DNA of 64,000 bases from an uncultured Hormoscilla sp. (GTDB lineage: Bacteria; Cyanobacteriota; Cyanobacteriia; Cyanobacteriales; Desertifilaceae): the NCBI GenBank assembly GCA_963921275.4, contig OZ001293.3, positions 1,440,001 through 1,504,000 of the forward strand, given 5' to 3'. Shown one piece after another: positions 1 through 11,599 of this stretch (position 1 is its first letter; every line of letters begins with the position of its first letter). The notes below the pieces were generated by a model. That model was not told the DNA's origin. It ran no database searches and saw only the letters and a list, made by a program, of their open reading frames with translations. Both the position numbers and the translations under genes were made by a program.

Positions 1-24
1 GAAAAAAAGAAAAAAGAGCCGATC

Positions 25-405
25 GTGTGGCAACTGCATCTGGATGGCGTCGAAAGTATGCTGTCAGAATTCGCGGAAGAGATCGCCGAATATGAAATGC
101 TCACAGCTCACGATCGCAAAACTCCATTGGTGCTGAAACTAGATGACCCGAACTATCTGCCGCAGATTCTGATTAAAGCCAGCATGGGTGCTAAACTGAG
201 TCAAAAAGAACTAGCGGATTTATCTGGACTGACAGAAGAGCAAATTTGCGAATATGAAGCTAAAGATTATCACACGGCGAGCGTTCTTGACCTGTTTGCG
301 GTTATCGATGCCCTGGAACTGAAAATCAAAACATGTGAGTTTTTAGTGCCATTAGATACTCTCAGGAGAGAAAGCCCGCCAGGGATTTTAACCCCTGCGG
401 GGTAA
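25..405 (+). CDS. XRE-family HTH protein (antitoxin-like), probably 5'-truncated by the window edge
   Basis: LSQKELADLSGLTEEQICEYEAKDY helix-turn-helix motif. Confidence 0.6.
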   Translation: MWQLHLDGVESMLSEFAEEIAEYEMLTAHDRKTPLVLKLDDPNYLPQILIKASMGAKLSQKELADLSGLTEEQICEYEAKDYHTASVLDLFAVIDALELKIKTCEFLVPLDTLRRESPPGILTPAG

Positions 406-528
406 CGAGACAAAAGATGCCCAGAAACCCGGCAACTTCGGCGAAACCGGGTTTCTCAACTTTCACAACTGATTTGGAATTGCTATAGTTGCGCAAACCG
501 CGCGGTTTGCGCAACTACAAACCTAAAA

Positions 529-1168
529 TTAGGTAATGAGTTTGCAGATCGCTTTGAATACTTGCAGCAACTGAATTGCCCGTTCTGAGTACATCAGATG
601 CAATTCTGGCATTAGCTGATAAGTTGGGGAATTTCCTTGCCGGATCTGGACGAACAGATATTGCAGTCCATTTGTTACCAGTCCCCAAACTGATGGTTGC
701 CGTTTCAGGCTATTATAAGCATAAGTCAGCAATTGAGGCAACCCCTGACGCACTTCCACTCCACTTTCCTTGGCTTCTATAAGCAGCAGCCAAAACGGCA
801 CCTCATTTGTAGTTGCCTTGTTGACTGTCGCAATATCAAAGCGCCCAGTGATGACTTTATCTTCATCTTCAATGGCAATATTATCGATCCCTTCTTCCAC
901 CTTGATTTCGATCGGGTAGCGATAAAAGCCAGCCAGCCGTAATAAGGGCAAGACCGCGCTCGCCTTCACTTGTCCTTCTGAGGCTTTGTCTTCTGCTAGG
1001 TAGGGACGAAAGTTATTGCGAATTTGCACCAGTTCCTGCTTTTCCCACTCGGTTACTGACTCCAGAGATAAAAAAATATGTGAAAGAGACATCATCAATT
1101 TGTTTGATAAACTTCAGACGAAGATAAACATCTTTGAGAGTTAGCTTGCTTGCTTTCAGAGTTATCAT
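529..1168 (-). pseudogene. Type I restriction enzyme R N-terminal-like (PD-(D/E)xK) protein, frameshifted
   Basis: ATG at 1168 (MITLKASKLTL...) is out of frame with the 529..1098 body (GRFDIA...LLIEAK...QLLTYA...GLVTNG); the shift lies at the A-run near 1070-1076. Confidence 0.7.
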
Positions 1169-3581
1169 TGCTTTGACCTTAAATCAAGATATCTGATAAT
1201 TATATTCTAATTCATCAGGTGGGCAATGCCCACCCTACGCAGATTTTTATCGGAGTAAGGAACCTACGGATGCATTGTCAAGTCTAATGATTGCACTAAC
1301 TTCCAGAGAACTCGATATAATTGCAAAGGCTCCTCTTTACCTTTAACTCGAACAGGAGATAGTTTTTCCAGAGGTATATTATGAGTATCGATCTTATCCA
1401 AAGTGATTTAATTGAGCAGAATATTACCAGAATCTGCAGCGCTACAAATGCGACTAGCAATATTGATAGTATCGCCAATTGTGGCATATTGAATCAGTTT
1501 CTACGAGCCAATGTTTCCCGCTGCTACTTTGCCAGTATTGATGCCAATGTGGATGTGAAGTGGTTGCTTGTTATGGGCAGCCCGATCGCGATTCATCTGG
1601 CGCACCGCCCATTGCATCTCGATCGCGGCTTGCACGGCTCGCTGGGCGTCATCTGGCTTCTGGCAAGGCGCACCCCAAACGGCGAGCAAGGCATCCCCAA
1701 TATATTTTTCTAAAGTGCCTTCGTAGGGAAAGACTATTTCCTCGACTATCACTTGGAAATATTCGTTGAGCAGCTCAATTCCTTGACGCGGTTCCATGAC
1801 GGAGGACATTTTTGTGAAGCCGCTAATGTCGGAAAACAAAGCTGTGACTTCCGGATCGACAATTTCTGACAACTTGCCTTCTTCTCTGATCTTTTGACTG
1901 ACAGCTGTCGGGAAGAAACGTTCCAGTTTATCCCGGACGATCGCCTCCGCTTGCATCTGTTGATATAGTTGGGCGTGGTTAAGGGCGATCGCGGCTTGGT
2001 TAGCAAGGGCAGTCAGAAACTCCGCATCTTCGTCAACATAGATATTGGACATGGATAAGTTATCAACGTATAACACCCCAATCACTTCCTCTCGCGGTTT
2101 CAGAGGTACGCAGATCGAGGCATGAATATTTGGGAATAAAATCGACTGGGAACCTTGAAACCGATCGTCCGCGCAAGCATCGGAAGTGATGATCGCATCC
2201 CCTTGCTCGCGCACCGTATTGGTAATCTTTCTGCTGTAGAACTTATGGTCCGTTGGCACTCCCGATCGGGAGTTGACTGCCTTGCATTCCAGCTTTCCGG
2301 TTGCTGCTCCTGCTTTTCCCACTCGGTTACTGACTCCAGAGATAAAAAAATATGTGAAAGAGACATCATCAATTTGTTTGATAAACTTCAGACGAAGATA
2401 AACATCTTTGAGAGTTAGCTTGCTTGCTTTCAGAGTTATCATTGCTTTGACCTTAAATCAAGATATCTGATAATTATATTCTAATTCATCAGGTGGGCAA
2501 TGCCCACCCTACGCAGATTTTTATCGGAGTAAGGAACCTACGGATGCATTGTCAAGTCTAATGATTGCACTAACTTCCAGAGAACTCGATATAATTGCAA
2601 AGGCTCCTCTTTACCTTTAACTCGAACAGGAGATAGTTTTTCCAGAGGTATATTATGAGTATCGATCTTGTCCAAAGTGATTTAGTTGAGCAGAATATTA
2701 CCAGAATCTGCAGCGCTACAAATGCGACTAGCAATATTGATAGTATCGCCAATTGTGGCATATTGAATCAGTTTCTACGAGCCAATGTTTCCCGCTGCTA
2801 CTTTGCCAGTATTGATGCCAATGTGGATGTGAAGTGGTTGCTTGTTATGGGCAGCCCGATCGCGATTCATCTGGCGCACCGCCCATTGCATCTCGATCGC
2901 GGCTTGCACGGCTCGCTGGGCGTCATCTGGCTTCTGGCAAGGCGCACCCCAAACGGCGAGCAAGGCATCCCCAATATATTTTTCTAAAGTGCCTTCGTAG
3001 GGAAAGACTATTTCCTCGACTATCACTTGGAAATATTCGTTGAGCAGCTCAATTCCTTGACGCGGTTCCATGACGGAGGACATTTTTGTGAAGCCGCTAA
3101 TGTCGGAAAACAAAGCTGTGACTTCCGGATCGACAATTTCTGACAACTTGCCTTCTTCTCTGATCTTTTGACTGACAGCTGTCGGGAAGAAACGTTCCAG
3201 TTTATCCCGGACGATCGCCTCCGCTTGCATCTGTTGATATAGTTGGGCGTGGTTAAGGGCGATCGCGGCTTGGTTAGCAAGGGCAGTCAGAAACTCCGCA
3301 TCTTCGTCAACATAGATATTGGACATGGATAAGTTATCAACGTATAACACCCCAATCACTTCCTCTCGCGGTTTCAGAGGTACGCAGATCGAGGCATGAA
3401 TATTTGGGAATAAAATCGACTGGGAACCTTGAAACCGATCGTCCGCGCAAGCATCGGAAGTGATGATCGCATCCCCTTGCTCGCGCACCGTATTGGTAAT
3501 CTTTCTGCTGTAGAACTTATGGTCCGTTGGCACTCCCGATCGGGAGTTGACTGCCTTGCATTCCAGCTTTCCGGTTGCTGC
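1034..3581. repeat. 1274-bp direct tandem duplication (1034-2307 and 2308-3581)
   Basis: Sequences match at offset 1274; two A/G differences seen at 1396/2670 and 1411/2685. Confidence 0.95.
1501..2442 (-). pseudogene. Chimeric ORF: restriction-enzyme N-terminus fused to GAF + truncated adenylate/guanylate cyclase
   Basis: Created at the duplication junction (2307/2308); has LFSDISGFT and KYIGDA cyclase motifs; TAG stop precedes the TINIASR motif. Confidence 0.8.
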
Positions 3582-4125
3582 ATTCACCAGCAAGATTGCT
3601 GCCCGGTCTACATTCATAATCTCTAACAGCAGGTTGAGAATTTTCTTTAGCAGTTTGTCAGGTTTCTCCGGAGAGGACAGCTGCTTGCTCACTAAGAGTA
3701 AAATTTGCAGCTTGTCTACCACCCGCTGGTTGCGATCTTGCTCCCTCAGCTTCAGCAATGAGCCCTCTACGGATTTATCCTTATCCAGCAATTCGGACAT
3801 CCCCGTGCTAGTTTGATTAGTGGAGAATTGCTTGAAAATAGTTCGCGGAACCGATCGATCCTCTTGACGCTTTGGCCCGGTTTTCTGGAGAAATTGGAAG
3901 TTCACATGTCCGCAAGGAACTTTGAACTTTGTCCCCGTCTTCCAGTTGGCATTCCTCAATTTCTACCTCGTTGACATAGGTGTGATTGCGGCTTTCCAGA
4001 TCCTTGACGATCGTCACCCCATCTGAGTCGATCTCGATCTATGCGTGCTTACAGGACAAACTCCTATGGGGCACAATGATATTGTTGTCCAGAGCACGTC
4101 TAGTTTATCCCCCGATTTAATTCAT
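2535..4125 (-). pseudogene. FHA-GAF-class III adenylate/guanylate cyclase, disrupted
   Basis: FHA remnant (VKDLESRNHTYVN), GAF (CVPLKPREEVIGVLYVD), cyclase core; frameshifts at the 5' end and a premature TAG at 2775-2777, after which the frame continues KLIQYATIGDTINIASR. Confidence 0.8.
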
Positions 4126-4466
4126 AAACTGTTTCCGTTTTCATTTATGCTTGCTATATAACTCAACTTGCAACAAGATCAACATACTACCTTCCCGAGA
4201 TATTTTTTGGCAAAAATTGCGACTCAAATGACGTATCACTGGTTACGTCATGGGTACGCGGTCACTTTTTTGACTTATTATACCTCCATTTCGGCAAAAT
4301 GTTCGAGTAGCAGTCTGTGAATAAAAATGTAGCCGCCGCCTACTTTTTGCAAAAATATCAGCTGGGTTGCATAGTCGAGAAAACGGGCATAATTACAGGG
4401 AGTATATCGATTGCCATATAGGATAACGCGCATTATTACATGTTAAATGCAGGCGATACCCGCAGG

Positions 4467-4796
4467 CTAAAATATGCCCAGAACTATGCCAGCAATTACT
4501 CCCGAAAGAATGGGTATCCCTAGGATCATTTTAGCCAGTATCCCCCAAGTTATTCCTGCCATTACCCTCAAGATTGCCGCATAGCCGACTGCCAAATTTC
4601 TTGATTCTGGGGTACTGGTGCCAATCACTCCTCCCTTCACGGAACGAATTAGAGCAACAATCAAGCCAGCATCTAGTCCTGCTAGTCCAGCCGGGATCAG
4701 AGCCATTATCCTCACCACAGGCATCTGATAGATTAAACTCAAAATTACCCAACTAGCTAGCCCAAATACAACTCCAGCTATTAAACCGATGCGCAA
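4467..4796 (-). pseudogene. Gly-rich membrane protein fragment (possibly a NACHT-associated transmembrane region)
   Basis: Hydrophobic Gly-rich helices; downstream sequence resembles degenerate LDYATQLIFLQKVGGGYIF. Confidence 0.4.
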
Positions 4797-4969
4797 AGGG
4801 AAGAATAGGTGGCTCTTCGGTACTTGGTTTGCTAAACTATCAGATAAACACTCCTTTGCATTGAACTAAAATTGTTACATATTAAGAGCAAAACTCTTGC
4901 CTTTACTTGTAGCAGTTTTTATGCTTTAATAAAATTACCGAAAGATTGAAAATTGAGGTAAAAATAATC

Positions 4970-5612
4970 ATGGCTTATAATGGACAACTAAAACTACTAA
5001 CATATTTTCTTAATATCCCGGATCAGTCACTCATTTCATACAGAAACCATCTCTAGGAATAATCCTCACCGTAGCTAGTTTAAATTCTGAAGCAGCTTGC
5101 CCTCACTGTCATAAACTTCATCAAAATCATTCAGATATCATCAAATATTTACCTATGAGTGGTCAAGAGGTTTATTTACAAGTAAACAAGTAAATAGGCG
5201 ACGTGAAAATTGCTTAAAAACTTTTAGTGAGTCTTGGGTTTTTGCGAACCAAAACGCAACGCTCATGAATTGCCTCCGATATCTTGAGTCAAGTAAAACA
5301 GAGTAATATTAAAAGCGTTGCGGAAAATCCAGGGGTAAGTGAATCGTAAATATTAACTATGTTAAAGGATTTTAAAAAAGAGTTAGTATCCCAAAAACCT
5401 CAATAATTAAAAAGATTTGAATTGATGAAATTAGCATGAGAAAAGGACAGGGCAATTACTGTGCAGTTTTAGTATATTTAGACACCAGTCAACTTTTAGC
5501 TTTAGTCCCAGACAGAACCCAAGAAGCTATTGAAAAAGTGTTGATGGATTGGGGAATAGAGGTAAGATCAGGCATAGAAGAGGTTAGTATTGATTTATGG
5601 CGTCCTTATGCT
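4970..5612 (+). mobile_element. ISL3-family transposase remnant
   Basis: CPHC zinc finger; IDEISMRKGQGNYCAVL...IEEVSIDLWRPY; multiple stops. Confidence 0.8.
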
Positions 5613-6650
5613 CTCAGTGGCAGATTGTCTGGTTGTTAGCCAAAGGAAACAAGAGTTCCCTTCGTGGCGGAAGTCACTGGCTACGGCTTGCAATGGATTC
5701 GAGTTATCGCCCTTCGATATCTCTTGTCGTGCTCTTGTCCCAGGGGACTCGGCACGCAAGAGATATCGCCGCTTCAATGAAGGGGTTGTCGTTGCTATCG
5801 GAGATAGTCGTCATCGTAATCCGGGAGCCAAACCCTTGCAGCAAGCTCAATTAGTGCAAGCATTAGAGGGACCTGCTCGAGTCGGGGGGAAATGGAATGG
5901 TCCCTTCGTGGCCGCTTGGATGAGTGAGCTGCTTGGTCGTCCAGTGGCCCCGCAACAGGGGTGGGAATACCTCAAGGGCTTGGATTATAGCATAAAAGTT
6001 CCCCGTCCAGCTCATACTCAAGCGGACGAGCTTGAACTTCAACAGTGGAAAAAAAAATTGCCACAACAATTCATAGAATTAGAAGCCTCCGTCGGAGGTA
6101 CACCGATACGAGTCTGGGCAATGGACTCCCACCGAGTCGGACTTAAACCATTGGTGCGCCGAGATTGGTTTCCTTGGTGGGATCTCCCGATTGCCCCGGT
6201 ATACTGGCGATTTGAATGGTGCTGGGTCTACAGCTTTATCTTCCCGAGTACTGGAGAGAGTGAATGGTGGGTATAAAACCTTTGTCGATACAGAAATCAT
6301 GAGCCGAATTCTAGCGGCCTTTGCTGAGGCTACCGGCATTGATGAGCAGCACCCGGCCTTGTTGATTTTATGACCTTGCCCGGGTGGCATACAACAGAGA
6401 AACTCTCCATTCCACGCGGTTTATTCTTAGAGTTCTTACCCGCTTACTCTCCCGAGTTACAACCGGCTCTGGCCCATTCTAGATGAAGCCATTATGAATC
6501 GTGTATTTGACTCTCTCGGAGAACTGGAAGAGACAATCTGTGAGCGCTGTCGTCAGCTCATTAAACAGCCTCAAATCCTTCATGCATTCACTCAATTATA
6601 CTGGTGGCCGCAACTAGCTACAAGCAATGTCTAATCAAGCAGATTCCATA
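5613..6650 (+). mobile_element. IS630-family transposase remnant
   Basis: GWEYLKGLDYSIKVPRPAH, WAMDSHRVGLKP, FLPAYSPELQP; frameshifts; its right end abuts the HMG-CoA reductase fragment at a TA. Confidence 0.8.
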
Positions 6651-7025
6651 TGATAGATTGGCTTCTAGAAAGAAGTATTGCGGCTGTCCGGGGGAACGAT
6701 CGCGGATATATTTGCAAATAGCATTAGTGGCAATTGTTACCATGTTTTGCCCCGCCGCATCCCCCGTAGTAAACTGAAACTCTAGATAGACATAATTGCC
6801 TTCTACGGTAAGGCGCATATCAATTAATTTACCGTGGCGGGTAGTAGCTTCCGCTTGGCGCTGGAATTCTCCCTGTTGGGCGATCGCCCATGTCAGAAAT
6901 TGTCCAACTTCTTGGAGGTTCTTGAAGGCCAACCCCGGCACAGGACTGACCCCTTCATTAAGTAAAATAGCACTACAGACTTCACTGATTAACTGGGCAC
7001 CCGATGTCCCTTGACAGGGGTGTAA
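6651..7025 (-). pseudogene. Hydroxymethylglutaryl-CoA reductase fragment
   Basis: TTRHGKL...FTTGDAAGQNMVTIAT...EANLS motifs; cut on both sides by IS remnants. Confidence 0.8.
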
Positions 7026-7500
7026 AAATAGAATATCACCCCTAGGGACATCGCCTGGAGAAAGAGGTCCCAAAAGTGATATAAATATTTGGCGAGAAAG
7101 AAAAGATGTTTTTCATCTATAACAGAAATTTGCAGGAGATAAAGCTGATATTGGAGAAGGTCAAATTAAGAGCCCTCATAAAAAGCCCAAAAAACAAGAA
7201 TTAATCGCAAAAAAAAAAGAAGAAAATTATTGATTTTCTTCCCTAATAATTTTTGTGAAACACGTAATTAGATTGGTCAAAATATTCCTATCGCGCAGGC
7301 GTAGCCGTGTGCCATTAGCCATGTTGCTAGTGAAAGATTTACTTTGAGTTCTGACAAATATGACTCAGTAATTTCCACAAGAGTTGGGCTGGTTAGATTG
7401 CGAATTGGTGCGTTGATTTTAGAAGTAGTATATCTGGGTGATGGCGCTGAAAATTTTGAGGTTAACCAATACCATGCAATGGAAGCGCAATGTTTACAGG
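7026..7500 (+). mobile_element. IS5-like (DDE_Tnp_4) transposase remnant
   Basis: Degenerate GPKSDINIW...FAGDKA...SPHKKPKKQEL...HVIRLVKIF...GLVRLRIG. Confidence 0.6.
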
Positions 7501-7994
7501 AACTCTATCAAACCCCGATGTTGTCGTATGAGTAACATATGTGAGCAAGTGAGGTACATACTTGAAACCCAAGACTGGTAAGGATTTCAGTTTTTGGAGA
7601 GGTCTAATCCATATTCCGAAACGCTCTGATATGGCGGTAAGTTCTACCGTGTCAGTCTGTGGAGTAGGCAAACCCTCTAGTCGTCAGGCTAGAGCTACGA
7701 CGAAGCAGAAAGTAAGCGCCAAAACTACCTATGTACAGCTAAGTCTAGACTTTGGCAGTTTTGGGTAGGTATTACGGAGCGGTTTAGCCCCTAGCTTGCC
7801 AGACAGTTATCCAAGAGATCCCGATCACAACAACTCTTTGAGATAATCGCTAGCATGACGATAGTCAGTTGACATTTTCTTCTCCTTTGTCCGTGACGTG
7901 GGGCACCGCAGGGGGGAGTCTCGCCTGCCGTAGGACTTGTCCCGCCTGTCCGTGATATGTCAACATTAAACTGGATATGAGAACTTAAAGAAAG

Positions 7995-8909
7995 ATGTTG
8001 CCTCAGCCACCGGAAACTCAACCCTGGTACTCTAAAATTGGCGCTCAACGCGATTGTATCTGGCGCGGTTGGCAAATTCGCTATACTTATATCCGTTCTG
8101 GCGCTGATAGGACACCCTTGGTTTTCCTGCATGGTTTTGGGTCTGCGATCGGTCAATGGCGCTACAACTTACAGCCCCTGAGTGAAGATCGTACTGTCTA
8201 TGGGCTGGACTTGCTGGGGTTTGGCGCTTCCCAAAAAGCACCTGCTGAGTACGGAGTTGAACTATGGATGGCCCAAGTGTATGACTTCTGGCGCAGTTTT
8301 ATTCAAACCCCGATCGTCCTCGTAGGCCACTCCCTTGGCGGTGCAGTAGCCCTAGCAGCTGCGGCCAGTTACCCAGAAATGGTGCAGGGTTTGGTATTGC
8401 TGACCGTGCCACCTTCTGTACAAGAAAGATCCTCTTCCAAATTACAAGCCTTAGGCGCGTCTATGGAAACAGCTTTCGCTTCTCCCTTGCTGTTGCGATC
8501 GCTTTTTCCCCTCTTCCGGCGTCCGGAAGTAATTCGCAAGGGTCTCAAGCTTGCCTATGCTAACAAAGAAATGGTGACCGAAGAATTAGTCGCCCTATTT
8601 GCCGACCCACCCCGAGACAGAGGGGCCGCAGGAGTATTGTGCCGACTGTTCCGAGCGAAAAACCGACGAGACTATACACCTAACGTAAAGGTAACGCTAC
8701 CGCAACTAGAAATGCCGATTCTGATGTTGTGGGGAAAACAAGACCGAGTGATTCCCCTAGACTGGGGACGTAAGTTAGCACCACTTAACCCCAAATTAGA
8801 GTTTGTCGAGATTGAAAATGCAGGTCATTGCGCTTACGATGAATGTCCCGATATAGTCAATCAGAAAATTATCACTTGGCTAAAATCTCATCTCATGCCC
8901 CCTCTTTAA
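7995..8909 (+). CDS. Alpha/beta fold hydrolase
   Basis: HGFG, GHSLGG nucleophile elbow, catalytic D and H (QDRVIP, AGHC). Confidence 0.9.
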   Translation: MLPQPPETQPWYSKIGAQRDCIWRGWQIRYTYIRSGADRTPLVFLHGFGSAIGQWRYNLQPLSEDRTVYGLDLLGFGASQKAPAEYGVELWMAQVYDFWRSFIQTPIVLVGHSLGGAVALAAAASYPEMVQGLVLLTVPPSVQERSSSKLQALGASMETAFASPLLLRSLFPLFRRPEVIRKGLKLAYANKEMVTEELVALFADPPRDRGAAGVLCRLFRAKNRRDYTPNVKVTLPQLEMPILMLWGKQDRVIPLDWGRKLAPLNPKLEFVEIENAGHCAYDECPDIVNQKIITWLKSHLMPPL

Positions 8910-8950
8910 GAACCGTTTGTAGTAAGGACTAAAGTCCTTACCGCTGATGT

Positions 8951-9598
8951 TTATGTCCCTTGCACTTGAGCTAAAAACCAGATGCCGACTCCAGTATTAT
9001 CCATTTGGCGCGATCGCTGTAAACCCTCCGCCAACAGGGCCATTTGAAATCCGGGTAATACCTGAGATTCTGTAGTCCGTTGACTGCCACCAGCGGCGAG
9101 CATTTTAAATGCGATAATCTCTGCTTGCTTGACATCTACTACCCAGTATTCTGCTACTTTTATTTCTTCGTATATTATTCCTTTTCGACCCCGATCGTCA
9201 ACCAGAGAACTGTCGGCAATCTCTATCGCTAAGTCTGGGGGTGGGTTGCTATCTAGATATACTACGGAACTTCCTTTGGGAGCTAATTTTACTCGATCGG
9301 CAATATAGTAAGAAGCATCTGGTTGACATTTTCTGACACCTAGAAGACGGTAGCTACAGTTTACCAATAGTCTCATCGGCAAAGCTTTGGCTATGCCAAA
9401 TAGCTTGACTAATATGACAATAATCCCATTATCATCTGAGTGGTTGGCTCCGACTGGTGACATTTCAATCTGATATTGTCTGTTGTGATAGTAGCACTTG
9501 GCTTTTTCATAGGCGGGGGAGGCAATAGCTTGGATGTATTCTTCCCAGCTAGCTGCTACCCAGGTATCAGTTGGCAGTTGGGTTTGTAAGAAGCTCAT
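8951..9598 (-). CDS. Uma2 family (DUF820) endonuclease
   Basis: EMSP...H, QPDASYY, PPDLAIEIA, EYWVVD motifs. Confidence 0.85.
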   Translation of the reverse strand: MSFLQTQLPTDTWVAASWEEYIQAIASPAYEKAKCYYHNRQYQIEMSPVGANHSDDNGIIVILVKLFGIAKALPMRLLVNCSYRLLGVRKCQPDASYYIADRVKLAPKGSSVVYLDSNPPPDLAIEIADSSLVDDRGRKGIIYEEIKVAEYWVVDVKQAEIIAFKMLAAGGSQRTTESQVLPGFQMALLAEGLQRSRQMDNTGVGIWFLAQVQGT

Positions 9599-10070
9599 AA
9601 GCAATTCAAAATTCCAAATTTTGAAACCAATTTTTAAAAAAGCTCTAAGCTTTTCTAGCGCTACGCACGCTACGCTACTTCGTAAGGGGTGCAAATTCAA
9701 TGCACAACAGCTTACCTTGATTATAGCGTTTTTCAAGCTGATGAGGTACAGCATTTCAATCCCCCCAACCCCCCTTTGAAAGCTATGCCTTACTCACATA
9801 TTTCTTAACAATTGTAGCAACAGTCACGATTGGCAAATATGAGTCTATTGTTTTTTCAATAAAACCTATATATTATCAATAAGCCCGCCATTGAATTGGA
9901 TATCTGGTGAAGAGTCAGCTCCTTTTTTGTTTGAGCACAAGTGTTTTGAGTAATTGTACCAGTTCACCACAAGAAATTCTTCTATAAAGTTGTGAACTGG
10001 CACGGTTCATTCAGTTCTACTTCCGGCGCTCAATTGTCAGATAAGGGCCGGACTATTGACGACCGTCCGG

Positions 10071-10194
10071 GCGAGAGAGCGAATTTACACTTATGGAGTT
10101 AAACATACTTTTTCATATTTTGGGACAGAGGCGAGAGAGCGAATTTACACTTATGGAGTTAAACATACTTTTTCATATTTTGGGACAGAGGCGA
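10071..10194. repeat. 60-bp tandem duplication inside the IS4 element
   Basis: Lines 10081 and 10141 are identical through GGCGA. Confidence 0.9.
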
Positions 10195-10199
10195 ATCTA

Positions 10200-11582
10200 G
10201 AGAATCGCTTGAGCTAGAATTCAAGTATCAGCTATGTCATGCAAGCGTCGTAACCCTTGCCAAATAGTTTTCACCCCTGGTTCACCATCCCGTTTTCGTC
10301 CTAAAAAACCACCTAATTTAGCAATCCAATGAATACAAGTCTTTATTGTTGGCGTCGCCTCTAGTGGTGTCGAAGTTTTATTTATCGTGCAGTAAAGAGC
10401 TTGCTACTCATGGGTTTCTAAAATACTATCTGCTGGGGCCTCCGGGTTGTAACGAGCTTCATAAGTAAGCCACAATAATCGCCATGCCACGATTGTATAA
10501 GTGGCTAAAGCCCTTTCAATGCGATCTGTTGTTTCTAGTTGTAGTTGTTCTTTTCGACAACCACTTTTTAGGACATAATGATAACGTTCAATTAACCAAC
10601 GATAGCTATACCAACGCAGGCACCACGTCATCAAAGCCAGTAATCGTCAGCGTCGTTAACAACAACCAGCTAACCCGGTCAACTCCAGAAGGTGGATGCT
10701 CTTCTTCTGCCAGAATTACTTGTATTTTAATTGGCTTTAATGATTTGTAGTGAATATGTGTTTTGGGTGGTTGAATCTCTACCGAAGTGCTACCCAGGGT
10801 TAAGGTTGCTTCGCGAGCCTTTCTCTCGGGATTTTTTGATAATTCTATCGTCACAACTGCTACGGGAGAAACTTTGTAGATAGCTGATTCTAATTTCTCT
10901 ACTTCCTCTGAATCAACTGATTTTACAGAACGGTTCTGATAAGCGCGAATTAGAAGCATGCTCTGAATTCTCAGAGCGAGGCAAGGCCAAAAAATCATAA
11001 ATATCTGCCTCCCGATCCGCCACTGTCACCACTGTAACATCTGATGGTATCACTGCTTCCGTTGCCGATAGCGAGTCCAGCCACCGCTGGCTTTCTTTAT
11101 CTTTTGTTTCTATGAATCTGTCGAGAATGCTTCTTGCCAATATCAGAAATATCCCGTGCCCTGCTGATTTAACACTCAAGGGCGGTACTCCTGTCCCACT
11201 GGTACAAAAAACCGAGTGAACTTTTAGTTCTCGACTGGTTCTACAATTCCATTTGCCCCATTCCTTTTTTACTGGGATGGTGCGTAAAATTTAGTTCGGT
11301 GGTGTCCTGAATTGCTAAAATCGTTTCATGTTGTTTGACTCGGGAGAGCGTACTTTGTTGGTGGCAATCGCGAATCGCTTCCGCTTGAATCTGTGGATTT
11401 GCCCAAAAGTCATTTGTGCTTGGGTCCCTGCCCAATCTCCACAAGCTTGTGGTACCGTAGCATTGGGTTGTTCTGCTAAATCTGATACAATTTTTACCAG
11501 TATGAATGTGGCGACGGCGATCGCCCAAATCAGCAGATTTTAGTTCTTCTGCGGCCCAAGACTTTATATTTTTCTGTCCATG
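10200..11582 (-). pseudogene. IS4-family transposase, frameshifted
   Basis: WAAEELKSADLGDRRR, IQDTTEL, KESQRWL, VADREADIY, WLLLTT, YSYRWLIERYHYVLKSG motifs spread over several frames. Confidence 0.9.
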
Positions 11583-11599
11583 GATAATTTTTGCTCTTG

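Noticed and set aside
1381..2700. DGR template/variable repeat pair, suggested by A/G differences between the duplicated copies
   Set aside because: Only two differences seen in 1274 bp, no reverse transcriptase in the window, and the geometry is a simple tandem duplication
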